A DNA stretch of 20,000 nucleotides from an uncultured virus (IMG/VR IMGVR_UViG_3300042887_003526) (Duplodnaviria > Heunggongvirae > Uroviricota > Caudoviricetes), in the IMG/VR virus record IMGVR_UViG_3300042887_003526; one strand, written 5' to 3'. Below the pieces are notes generated by a model. It did no database searches. It was not told where the DNA came from and worked only from the letters and a program-made list of their open reading frames with translations. Positions 1 through 8,274 of this stretch are shown piece after piece. Position 1 is the stretch's first letter. Every line of letters starts with the position of its first letter. Both the position numbers and the translations under genes were made by a program.

Positions 1-198
1 TGTAACAAATTCTTTTGGTGCAGGTAACATGATGCACTTCAACATTGGACCTATTCCAAGACTAGCAGATGTCCTTAGTAAAGAGTTATCGGTATAGTCA
101 TAACAAAAGAATTTTAACCACAAAGGGATCTTTTTTTGATCCTCTGGGGAAGTTGGGAATATCTTAGTTGAAGAAAAAAGTGCTTCTGTTCCGGGCAT
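1..198 (-). CDS. 5' part of a probable baseplate tail-tube cap protein (gp48-like); runs off the window
   Basis: Manual translation: MPGTEALFSSTKIFPTSPEDQKKIPLWLKFFCYDY...CIMLPAPKEFVT, open to position 1. AGGAG SD upstream. I-x-LP-x-P motif and divergent position from gp4 fit gp48 in T4-like phages. Confidence 0.55.
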   Translation of the reverse strand, partial: MPGTEALFSSTKIFPTSPEDQKKIPLWLKFFCYDYTDNSLLRTSASLGIGPMLKCIMLPAPKEFVT

Positions 199-219
199 TG
201 TTGCTCCTATATATTTAAT

Positions 220-651
220 ATGGCATACAAGACTAAATACATACCTAATAATCCCACAAAATATATAGGTAATATTAATTCAATTTTATGCCGTTCTCTC
301 TGGGAAAGAAGATTTTGTAAGTATCTGGATAGCAACAAAAATATAGTAAGATGGGCATTTGAGGCAATACGAATACCTTATGTTTCTCCGATGGACAATA
401 AAGTCCATTTTTATATTCCAGATTTCCTTATAGAAGCAAAAAACAAAGACGGAATAGTTGAAACTATGTTAATAGAAATAAAACCCCTAAAGCAAACAAA
501 ACAACCAGAACACAATAAAAAACACAAAAAAACAATATTAATGGAAAATATGACATATGCAATAAATACTGCAAAGTGGGAAGCAGCAAAAAATTATTGC
601 ACCGAAAAGGGAATAATATTCAAAATTTTAACAGAACAGGATCTATTCTAA
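220..651 (+). CDS. gp4: Head completion nuclease (T4 gp4 family, PD-(D/E)xK fold)
   Basis: P.NP.KY.G, RSLWE..FC..LD, W..E...IPY.SP.D.K.H.Y.PDF, IEIKP..QT..P, N.AKWEAA and F.ILTE are characteristic gp4 motifs. Confidence 0.92.
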   Translation: MAYKTKYIPNNPTKYIGNINSILCRSLWERRFCKYLDSNKNIVRWAFEAIRIPYVSPMDNKVHFYIPDFLIEAKNKDGIVETMLIEIKPLKQTKQPEHNKKHKKTILMENMTYAINTAKWEAAKNYCTEKGIIFKILTEQDLF

Positions 652-652
652 A

Positions 653-1306
653 ATGTCAAATATTAATCTTCCAGATTATCAAGCAACCACTATTACTCAG
701 TTTAGAAATGCTGTAATTGCAAGAAAAGGAATTCAGCAACCCGGAAAATATGCAGTTCAGATGGTAGATGGTAAATTGAATAGTTTATCGTGCTATCCAG
801 AATCGGTAACTTTGCCTCAAAGATCATTTAGTACTGCACCATATAGTCCGTGGGGGCCAATTTTACAATTACCAGTTAGAAGAGAATATGGTGAATGTGC
901 AATGTCCTTTATAATTTATCAGGACTGGGCAGAAAGAAGGTTTTTTGAAAACTGGATGGATACCATTATTCCACCAAAATCAACAGAAGATGCTGATCCA
1001 GTTGGGGTGAGTGCTTTGGAGCGATTGGGTGGTCCCTCTGTGGGTAATATATTTGATGTTTTAGCTGGTACAAGTAGAACAATAAGAACAACACAGTATT
1101 CAGATTACTCTAATGGTTTTAATACCTTTACAGGAACTGTTAAAATATATCCTCTTGCGGTAGAAAATCAAGCACAACAAACATGCACCATTACATTGAA
1201 AAATGCATTCCCCCTGACCATAACACCAACACAAATGTCTTCTGAAGCGACAGGATATGCTACATTTGTTGTAATTTTTGCATTCAAAGAATATGAATTT
1301 ATTTAA
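653..1306 (+). CDS. Baseplate-tail tube junction / tail-tube-like protein (gp54/gp19 fold)
   Basis: ESVTLPQRSFST, R.FFENWMD.I, LKNAFP..I and F.V.FAF.EY motifs; lies between gp4 and gp26. Confidence 0.7.
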   Translation: MSNINLPDYQATTITQFRNAVIARKGIQQPGKYAVQMVDGKLNSLSCYPESVTLPQRSFSTAPYSPWGPILQLPVRREYGECAMSFIIYQDWAERRFFENWMDTIIPPKSTEDADPVGVSALERLGGPSVGNIFDVLAGTSRTIRTTQYSDYSNGFNTFTGTVKIYPLAVENQAQQTCTITLKNAFPLTITPTQMSSEATGYATFVVIFAFKEYEFI

Positions 1307-1317
1307 TTGGAGATATT

Positions 1318-2022
1318 ATGAAATTAGTTGACTTATTAGGAAATAGACCGAAATACTCAGAAACTGTACCATCAACAAACAAAAAAATATGGTTTAGACC
1401 GTTTTTAGTTAAAGATGAAAAAACTTTATTAATGGTACAGGAAACCGGAAAAGAAAAAGAAATATTAATGGCAGTCAAAGAATTAGTAGAGTCCTGCTTT
1501 GAATTAAAAGACGCAGGAAGTATACCAATATTTGATTTAGAATATTTGTTTTTAAAACTAAGATCAAAATCGGTAGGAGAAATTGTTGAACCTTTTCTGG
1601 TTTGTCCGCATACAAATGAAAAGATCAAACTGGTAATTGATTTGGATAAGATTAAAGTTAAAACCTTCAAATCCCATACGAATAAATTAAAATTAGATGA
1701 TGATTTGTTTGTTTGTATGAAATATCCATCACTTAATATGTTTATAGAAAACGAAACATCTGATATGTCTCTTATGGATTTTTACGATCTTGCAGTATCG
1801 TGTGTTGATTATATCGAAACACCAACGGAACGAATAGAATGCGAAAACAAGAATAAAGAAGAGATAAAAGAATTCGTAGACAATATGTCAAAGGTTCAAT
1901 TTGACAAAATAATTGAATTTTTTGCAACAATGCCAAGAATTGAACAAGAAATGCCATATACGACAAGTGATGGAGTAGAAAGAAAGGTAGTGTTACGAGG
2001 TATTCGTGATTTTTTCGGATAA
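1318..2022 (+). CDS. gp26: Baseplate hub assembly protein (gp26 family)
   Basis: P.Y....PST.K.I.FRPFLVK.EK.LL, FDLEYLFL.LRSKSVGE, MKYPS, FF.TMP and C-terminal G..DFF; GGAG SD. Confidence 0.9.
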   Translation: MKLVDLLGNRPKYSETVPSTNKKIWFRPFLVKDEKTLLMVQETGKEKEILMAVKELVESCFELKDAGSIPIFDLEYLFLKLRSKSVGEIVEPFLVCPHTNEKIKLVIDLDKIKVKTFKSHTNKLKLDDDLFVCMKYPSLNMFIENETSDMSLMDFYDLAVSCVDYIETPTERIECENKNKEEIKEFVDNMSKVQFDKIIEFFATMPRIEQEMPYTTSDGVERKVVLRGIRDFFG

Positions 2023-2234
2023 GCCTCAGCCACAATAGTCTCAATACCTATTTTGATTTAACATTCAAAATGATACACATGTATAACTACTCATTGACGG
2101 AATTAGAATCAATGATACCTTGGGAAAGAGACATTTATGTGGAATCGCTGAGGCAGCATATAGAAGAAGAAAATCTAAGACTTATGAACAAGCAGAACAT
2201 GATGAGGGCAATGAACAGCAGAAGAGGAAGATAA
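2010..2234 (+). CDS. gp51: gp51-like baseplate hub assembly protein; first ATG at 2070, frame open from 2010 (probable -1 frameshift extension of gp26)
   Basis: Not in the ORF track. Translation FFRISLSHNSLNTYFDLTFKMIHMYNYSLTELESMIPWERDIYVESLRQHIEEEN...RRGR*. YSLTE.E.M.PWER..Y is the motif of phage proteins annotated gp51. Confidence 0.82.
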   Translation, partial: FFRISLSHNSLNTYFDLTFKMIHMYNYSLTELESMIPWERDIYVESLRQHIEEENLRLMNKQNMMRAMNSRRGR

Positions 2235-3932
2235 ATGAAAGAAAAAAATTTACCAAAACTTAAAAAAGAAATTCTTAAACTATTTGGAAGTTCTCTTTCA
2301 TTGTCCTCTAATGTGAGTCTTCCGTCTAATGTTATACTTCCTACTGACACAGAAACTGCTCCATTACCAAATGGTACAGGAACTGCAACAGAAAAACCAG
2401 AAGATATCAATATAACAATTGCTTTACCTCAAGATAAAAAGACGAGAAATTACAAGAAAACTGTAAAATCTCTGAAAAATAACAAATCGTATAATATTGA
2501 TATAAAAAAAAATGATATACCGCTTCAACTGTATTTCAATAATTCATACGAAGACCATGTTACACCGGAATTAGTAAAACCTGTAAATTTTATTAATTAC
2601 GGAATCAATAGAATTCAAAATACGAATATAAATTCACCACAATTTAACGAAAGCAAAGTAGTAAACAAAAACAATACTACAGAGGTTTCAAATGTTAAAA
2701 ATAATTTTATAAAAGAATATGTTAAAATTATTGAAAATTACAAATCTAATACAAAACCAAATCAAAATTTTATTCAAAAAGAAAATAAAGTTTTAAATAA
2801 TTTCTTCATAAAACCATATACGTTTTTAACAAATAGCGATGATGTGATATTGCGGACAGAAAATAATATCACTAACAATTCCAATATTACAAACCAAAGT
2901 AATCCGGTTACCAACAGTATCATCACAAACCAAAGTAATCCGGTTACCAACAACAGTGCCATTACAAACCAAAGTAATCCGGTTACCAACAGTATTATTA
3001 CAAACCAAAGTAATCCGGTTACCAACAACAGTGCCATTACAAACCAAAGTAATCCGGTTACCAACAGTATTATTACAAACCAAAGTAATCCGGTTACCAA
3101 CAGTATTATTACAAACCAAAGTAATCCGGTTACCAACAACAGTATCATCACGAACCAAAGTAATCCGGTTACCAATAATAGTATCATCACGAACCAAAGT
3201 AATGCGGTTACCAATAATAGTATCATCACGAACCAAACCAATCCAATTACCAACAATAATACTAGAATTGAAAAAAATACAGTAAACAAAACAAATGCAA
3301 TAGTTCAAGATGTTTCAAACAACAATGCATTTATTGATAATAATGTGACTTTTTTCAAGGAACCAAAATACTTTGACTTATCGTCTGAAATTAATCAACC
3401 AATAATAAACAGATTTAGTTCTATTAAAAATGTTTTACAGCATAGAACAATATCAAATTATCTACAATCCAATAATGTTACAAATGTTCCTGCATTTGAA
3501 TCTGGTGGTATAGTCTCAAAACCAACATTGGCAATGATTGGCGAAAAAGAACCAGAAGTAATAATACCAAAAAGTATTCTTCCAAATCTACTTACAAGTT
3601 CAGATAATAGTCCTATGGAAAAAACAAAAATCAATAGAAAAATTAATTCTTTTATTGACCAAGGAAACATATCATCTCTTCCTGCACTCAAATCAATAGA
3701 TCAAAACAATAAAACAAAGAATCTATTAGAAGTAGAAAAGGAAGAAATAGAACACATGAGGACTATTAGAAACGCCGATAAAAAACAACCAAAACCAACG
3801 GCAGTTTCAAACGAACTTCAAAGCCCAGAAGAAACCATACTTGGCGTAGAAAAAATAACATCCACTAGAGGAATAAAACAATTTGCTCCGCCATTGAATG
3901 GACTTCCTTCGTGGAGACAAAGTACAGTATAA
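2235..3932 (+). CDS. Asn-rich tail protein with internal tandem repeats and a tape-measure-associated motif (gp29-like position)
   Basis: 565 aa, directly after gp51. AFESGGIVSKPTLAMIGEKEPEVIIP (3492-3569) matches the A.GG.V..PT.A..GE.GPE.V.P motif common in tape-measure/tail proteins. Confidence 0.55.
   Translation: MKEKNLPKLKKEILKLFGSSLSLSSNVSLPSNVILPTDTETAPLPNGTGTATEKPEDINITIALPQDKKTRNYKKTVKSLKNNKSYNIDIKKNDIPLQLYFNNSYEDHVTPELVKPVNFINYGINRIQNTNINSPQFNESKVVNKNNTTEVSNVKNNFIKEYVKIIENYKSNTKPNQNFIQKENKVLNNFFIKPYTFLTNSDDVILRTENNITNNSNITNQSNPVTNSIITNQSNPVTNNSAITNQSNPVTNSIITNQSNPVTNNSAITNQSNPVTNSIITNQSNPVTNSIITNQSNPVTNNSIITNQSNPVTNNSIITNQSNAVTNNSIITNQTNPITNNNTRIEKNTVNKTNAIVQDVSNNNAFIDNNVTFFKEPKYFDLSSEINQPIINRFSSIKNVLQHRTISNYLQSNNVTNVPAFESGGIVSKPTLAMIGEKEPEVIIPKSILPNLLTSSDNSPMEKTKINRKINSFIDQGNISSLPALKSIDQNNKTKNLLEVEKEEIEHMRTIRNADKKQPKPTAVSNELQSPEETILGVEKITSTRGIKQFAPPLNGLPSWRQSTV
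2880..3257 (+). repeat. In-frame tandem repeat: 10 units of 36/39 nt encoding S(I/A/N)ITNQSNPVTN(N)
   Basis: Unit lengths 12,13,12,13,12,12,13,13,13,13 aa = 378 nt; core aaccaaagtaatccggttaccaa recurs with no unique spacers. Confidence 0.95.
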
Positions 3933-3966
3933 AAAGAAACGACCCCCTACCGGAATAGGGGGTCGT
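3931..3966 (-). terminator. Rho-independent terminator for the ssb transcript, between convergent genes
   Basis: 11-bp stem acgacccccta/tagggggtcgt, followed on the minus strand by TTCTTTTT. Confidence 0.8.
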
Positions 3967-4009
3967 CGGATCTAAGATGCTCTCTTAGATGTATCTGATA
4001 TTATGTATA

Positions 4010-4909
4010 TCAGTCTTCAGCAAGCTTCTTGAAATAATCAAGAGCATCTGTCTCTTCGTCCACCTGATCCTCAACTGGCGGCTTTGAGCGGATAGAAGGC
4101 TTCTTCTCCTTCATATCCTCTTCATCGATATCCTCAGCAGTACGAGTAGATCCCGTACCACTTCCACGGATATCCCCACGAAGAACATCAAACAACTTCT
4201 GCTTTAGTTCGTCATAGGACTTGAAATTAGTCGGATCAACAAAACTCTTAAGAGCATGTTGTGACTTCCAAACAGTCTCCAACTTAACATCCTCGCCATT
4301 TAGAAGCGGAGATGACGAATCAAATTCTGACTTGTCATAATTGACAAATCCACCAACCTGACGAATCTTCAACTTGAAATTTGCACCATTCCAGAAATTG
4401 AACGGATCAAGTGGATCCTCGTCCTTGAACTCCGGTTGCATCGCTTCCTGAATCTTTTCAAAGATCTTTTGACCATACTTGAACAGGAAAACCTTTCCTT
4501 CATTTGACGGTTCAGCAGGATCGCTGACAACGTAAATGTTGGAAATATAATTGAGCTTCCTCTTTCGCTGACGAGCAAGATCCTTATCGCTATCAATACC
4601 ACTATTCCATAGTTGGGTATTCATCTCGGAAACTGGATCCTTCTGACCAAGAGTGGTTAGACAATTTTCGATATACCAACCGCCTGGGCCTTGGAAAGCA
4701 TGGGAATACAACTTAACCCAAGGAATGTCCTCTCCCTCAATTGCCGGCAGGAAACGAATTACTGCAAAACCATTCTTTGCGTTGTCGAGCTTTGGACGCC
4801 AAAAACGATCATCCTTGTAATCATTCTTGGTATTATCTTGTTGGATCTTTTGAACCAACTGATCGATGCTTGACTTCGACTTCTTCTTAAAATCGCTAAA
4901 TGAACCCAT
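4010..4909 (-). CDS. gp32: Single-stranded DNA-binding protein (T4 gp32 family)
   Basis: DDRFW.P..D...NG.AVIRFLP, H.FQGPGGWYIENCLTTLG..DPV, NEGKVFL.KYG.KIF.KI, PF.FW.GANFKLK, NYD.SEF, acidic C-terminal tail. Confidence 0.97.
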   Translation of the reverse strand: MGSFSDFKKKSKSSIDQLVQKIQQDNTKNDYKDDRFWRPKLDNAKNGFAVIRFLPAIEGEDIPWVKLYSHAFQGPGGWYIENCLTTLGQKDPVSEMNTQLWNSGIDSDKDLARQRKRKLNYISNIYVVSDPAEPSNEGKVFLFKYGQKIFEKIQEAMQPEFKDEDPLDPFNFWNGANFKLKIRQVGGFVNYDKSEFDSSSPLLNGEDVKLETVWKSQHALKSFVDPTNFKSYDELKQKLFDVLRGDIRGSGTGSTRTAEDIDEEDMKEKKPSIRSKPPVEDQVDEETDALDYFKKLAED

Positions 4910-4981
4910 AACTTATCCTTCCCCGAAGATCTCCTTCGGACTAAAAAGTAACGGTGGGAACTCCCCACCACATTACAACAG

Positions 4982-5010
4982 AGTTTACCATAATCTAAAT
5001 ATACAGTCAA
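4982..5010 (-). promoter_or_regulatory. Sigma70-type promoter for ssb
   Basis: TTGACT-N17-TAAACT with TG extended -10. Confidence 0.65.
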
Positions 5011-5237
5011 GAGAAAGGTAAAACATTTTTACTTTTTCGTAAAATGTTTAACTCTTGCCCTTCTTGTTTTAGTTTTTCTAAAACGGGTTGTGTTAATAGT
5101 TTTTGTGCCACCGTAATATCCAAAGAATGTTCCTCCAAAACGGCAATTACTGCATCAATATATGAGGTGTTTTTATTCTTTGCTATTTTATTTTCTACTT
5201 TTTTAGAAAAGTCTTCTTTTGTTATTTCTAGGATCAT
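5007..5237 (-). CDS. gp33: Late transcription coactivator (T4 gp33 family)
   Basis: F...VE..., SYIDAV....EE..., KL....L.EKL..E..ELN.L pattern; 76 aa; adjacent to gp32. Confidence 0.85.
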   Translation of the reverse strand: MILEITKEDFSKKVENKIAKNKNTSYIDAVIAVLEEHSLDITVAQKLLTQPVLEKLKQEGQELNILRKSKNVLPFS

Positions 5238-5244
5238 GTTTGAA

Positions 5245-5272
5245 ATTATAGCACCTTTGGGTGGATTGTAAA
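5245..5272 (-). promoter_or_regulatory. Sigma70-type promoter for gp33, probably giving a leaderless mRNA
   Basis: TTTACA-N16-TATAAT with TG extension; ATG begins 7 nt after the -10 box; no SD. Confidence 0.6.
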
Positions 5273-5313
5273 GCTATTTATTTACATTATATATAGTTTA
5301 AGAAGGAAAATTT

Positions 5314-6582
5314 ATGCCAGATACAGGATCAAATATTCTTATAACGACCAATGACAATACAGCAGTTATTGCAACAGACTATGGAACAAGCGGAACTGGT
5401 TTTACTGGAGCCCATGTTCAAATTTTTAAATTATCTTATGGTACAGATAGCACCACCCAACGAGTAGGTACGTCTGCACCGCTTCCCGTATCAATTTACG
5501 GAGTAACTGGAGCGACTTTACCAATAAGTGGTTCTGTCTCCGGTTCCGGTAATTTTAATGTAGTCAATTCCTCTTCTACGGGAAGTTACCTATTGGTCGG
5601 TGGTTCTACATGGGCAACGGTTCCTGTTGGCATTAGCGGAACTATCCAAGGTGTTAGTGGAGGATATCCAGTAGGTATTACCGGAACAGTAAGCATTGCA
5701 AATTCAGGTATAGCAATATATGGAATATCTGGCGCAACTGCTGTAGGTGTAACCGGAGGCAGAAGATTATCATATTCTAGCGATTCCGTTACAGTCTATG
5801 GAAATGTAGGAATAAGCGGGGGACTCGGTTTGGTTGCAGCAACCGATAGCATTGCAGTATATGGTTCTGATCTCGGAGGAAAGGTTCTGACTAGACTATA
5901 CTCCTCAGACGGAACAACATTAGGTGTATCGGGTGATGCACTAAAGGTAGCAATAACCAATGCAGGAATATCCTTCGGCGTAACAATAGCAGCAAGTGTT
6001 GGTATTACTAATGATGGTGTAGTTGGTCTGATGATTCGTGGTACAGGAAATACCGCATCTCATCCAGTAATTGTTAAAGGTACACTAGCAAGCGGCGCAA
6101 TTGAAGTTACCGCTACTAGCAATTTGCCAGTTGCTGTTCAAAATACCGTCACAATAGATGATACCGATCTAATTGATTCATTGGAATCTACATCTAAACC
6201 CATAGTTTCAAATCTGAGTAGCATCAAGACAAATACAAACGTCATTTCTACCATCAATGATAAACTCAGCAATGGAACCGTACAATCTAAGATTACTGAA
6301 ATTGTAAGACCGGGTGTTGTTACTAGTGGTAAGAAGTCAGTAACAGAAACTCCAGTTTCCTTAACAACAGCATCAATTAGTGCAAAGGTAGGAGTACATG
6401 TAAAATGTCCAACTACAAACACCAGTACAGTTTATATTGGTGGAAGAAATATACTCACATCACAAGCAGATGGATATCCACTTGATGCCGGCGAATCTAT
6501 CTTTATAGAATGTGACTTGGTATCAAGAATTTTTGCCCGATCAGAGAAAGGTACACAAATAGTACATTTCATAACATCATAA
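5314..6582 (+). CDS. Gly/Ser/Thr/Val-rich probable virion structural (fibre/decoration) protein
   Basis: Repeated (P/A)V(G/S)I(S/T)G and G(V/I)(T/S)G motifs; C-terminal beta domain GV.VK....N...VYIG......GY.L..GES; AAGGA SD; TATATATA at 5288-5295. Confidence 0.55.
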   Translation: MPDTGSNILITTNDNTAVIATDYGTSGTGFTGAHVQIFKLSYGTDSTTQRVGTSAPLPVSIYGVTGATLPISGSVSGSGNFNVVNSSSTGSYLLVGGSTWATVPVGISGTIQGVSGGYPVGITGTVSIANSGIAIYGISGATAVGVTGGRRLSYSSDSVTVYGNVGISGGLGLVAATDSIAVYGSDLGGKVLTRLYSSDGTTLGVSGDALKVAITNAGISFGVTIAASVGITNDGVVGLMIRGTGNTASHPVIVKGTLASGAIEVTATSNLPVAVQNTVTIDDTDLIDSLESTSKPIVSNLSSIKTNTNVISTINDKLSNGTVQSKITEIVRPGVVTSGKKSVTETPVSLTTASISAKVGVHVKCPTTNTSTVYIGGRNILTSQADGYPLDAGESIFIECDLVSRIFARSEKGTQIVHFITS

Positions 6583-6583
6583 A

Positions 6584-7609
6584 ATGGCAAATTCGAACTA
6601 TTCTAGATCAAGATCCACTAAACAAAAACAAGGCAAGAATTTAGTTCTTGCTAGAAGTGGTCTATTATATGGTCTTACTTATGTAAAGGTAAAAGAAGAA
6701 AAGATAAGTTCAAACAGAGGAATCACATCCACACCTAATTTTTTGTTTTACGACAATAACACAAAGGTGATGATTGATTTTTCTGATTATAATAATACCA
6801 CCAGTGCAGATGAATTGTATTCTTTTTGGAATCTGATAATAGATGGAATGACCTTCACAATCACAGATGGTGAGTTAATCAATCCCGCAAACAAACAACA
6901 ATATGATGTTTCAGGAACATATACATTCACATCAATTGAAAATTTAGTAGTATTTGCCGATGTTGTTTCGGTTGAAAGTATCTCAACAGGAATTCATTTA
7001 TACAATAAAAACGATTTTTCAAATCTACCGACATTTACTTTAGCTACAATAATAGAACCAGAAAAAACAACACCACTAACATCTATAGTTAATAGCTTAG
7101 GAAAGAATACTAAAAACTCTTTTAATTTTCTTGGAATAAAAGTTGGAGATTATGTTCAGTTACAATCCAAACAAAATAAATTTGAAATTGTAGATTATTC
7201 CCTAGATAGCGAAGGCAAAGAAGTAATAACAGTTTTCGGGGAGATAGCAGAAGAAGATAGAATATCTACTAAAACTTTTATTGGATTATATGTGGAAAAG
7301 AAAAACGAAAATACTGTTAGTGTTGATATAACCGATGAAAAAATAGGAGCATGTGAAGTTTTAGAAAATAATATTGTAATATCTTGCACAAGTAATAATA
7401 CAGCATCACAATGTGAATTAAGATCAACCACATCTCTTACTGCTAGATTCACAGAATCGAAAGCATGTACTACTGCAATAGAGGAAGAACAAACATCAAC
7501 TGATTTGTTATCAACTATTATAGATCAACAAAATACATTAATATCTAAAATGGATAGCAGAGTTCAAACCATATCTACTGCAAATTTCCAAAACATGCCG
7601 TTTAGATAA
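6584..7609 (+). CDS. Hypothetical protein, probably late/structural
   Basis: 341-aa ORF starting 1 nt after the upstream stop; no family recognised. Confidence 0.6.
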   Translation: MANSNYSRSRSTKQKQGKNLVLARSGLLYGLTYVKVKEEKISSNRGITSTPNFLFYDNNTKVMIDFSDYNNTTSADELYSFWNLIIDGMTFTITDGELINPANKQQYDVSGTYTFTSIENLVVFADVVSVESISTGIHLYNKNDFSNLPTFTLATIIEPEKTTPLTSIVNSLGKNTKNSFNFLGIKVGDYVQLQSKQNKFEIVDYSLDSEGKEVITVFGEIAEEDRISTKTFIGLYVEKKNENTVSVDITDEKIGACEVLENNIVISCTSNNTASQCELRSTTSLTARFTESKACTTAIEEEQTSTDLLSTIIDQQNTLISKMDSRVQTISTANFQNMPFR

Positions 7610-7610
7610 T

Positions 7611-7832
7611 CTATTTTAATTTTTTGGTTTTCTTAGGATTCAATTTATATTTTGATTTTAATAAATCTTTTAATTCATTAAGAGTCTCAATACAATCTAC
7701 TAAAATACAAAGAGTTACGGAGTCTTTGACAACTCCGTAACTCTTTATTATACAGCCGTTAAGTTTTTCTAAATCTCTTTTAGGCTTACCTTTGTAAAGA
7801 TCAAAACTATAAGCAAATGTTACTTCATACAT
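7611..7832 (-). CDS. Hypothetical protein
   Basis: 73-aa ORF; CTAAATA late-promoter-like motif 7 nt upstream. Confidence 0.6.
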   Translation of the reverse strand: MYEVTFAYSFDLYKGKPKRDLEKLNGCIIKSYGVVKDSVTLCILVDCIETLNELKDLLKSKYKLNPKKTKKLK

Positions 7833-7850
7833 TTGCCTATATTTAGTTGT

Positions 7851-8144
7851 TTATCGCTTTACAGTGACCTTCTGCTCGGCGGCAGAGATACGCTCATGGA
7901 GCTTATCAAGTTCACGCCAAAGTGCTTCGGTGTCACGCTCCTCGTTTACTTCAGCAAGACGCTTTTCTGCACAAGACTTGGTTGCACATGCAAACTCCCA
8001 ACAAACAACGGAAGTAATGACTGCACAAGCAGCGAGAAGAGCAATGGCAATATTTGTGTTGCCATTATAAATTGCTGAAGCAGCAAGAATCGAAGAAATG
8101 ACTGATGCTGTAGAAACGGTAACAAACGCATTCTTATTAAACAT
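7851..8144 (-). CDS. Hypothetical membrane protein (two hydrophobic helices plus coiled coil)
   Basis: Start moved to MFNKN (ATG 8144, AGGAG SD) because the ORF-track start lies inside tRNA-Arg. Confidence 0.7.
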   Translation of the reverse strand: MFNKNAFVTVSTASVISSILAASAIYNGNTNIAIALLAACAVITSVVCWEFACATKSCAEKRLAEVNEERDTEALWRELDKLHERISAAEQKVTVKR

Positions 8145-8158
8145 AAAATCTCCTAAAG

Positions 8159-8232
8159 CGTTCCCGAGTGGACTCGAACCACTGACCATTCGCTTAGAAG
8201 GCGAATGCTCTATCCAACTGAGCTACGGGAAC
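8159..8232 (-). tRNA. tRNA-Arg(UCU), no encoded CCA
   Basis: Acceptor GTTCCCG/CGGGAAC+G; D arm GCTC/GAGC; anticodon arm TTCGC-CT TCT AA-GCGAA; T loop TTCGAGT. Confidence 0.96.
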
Positions 8233-8243
8233 TCAACTCAGTT

Positions 8244-8271
8244 ATTATAACAGATAAACGCTATCTGTCAA
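8244..8271 (-). promoter_or_regulatory. Consensus sigma70 promoter for tRNA-Arg
   Basis: TTGACA-N16-TATAAT with TG extension, 11 nt upstream of the tRNA 5' end. Confidence 0.8.
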
Positions 8272-8274
8272 GTC

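Noticed and set aside
220..651. TnsA-like transposon endonuclease
   Set aside because: Same fold, but motifs and context identify gp4; no tnsB/tnsC or transposon ends.
2880..3257. Repeat array as a CRISPR array
   Set aside because: Units are contiguous, have no unique spacers, keep the reading frame, and no cas genes are present.
2774..3308. Antisense and alternative-frame ORFs (2774..3289, 2826..3308, 2956..3285), one resembling a multi-pass membrane protein
   Set aside because: By-products of the stop-free in-frame tandem repeat; they extend little beyond it.
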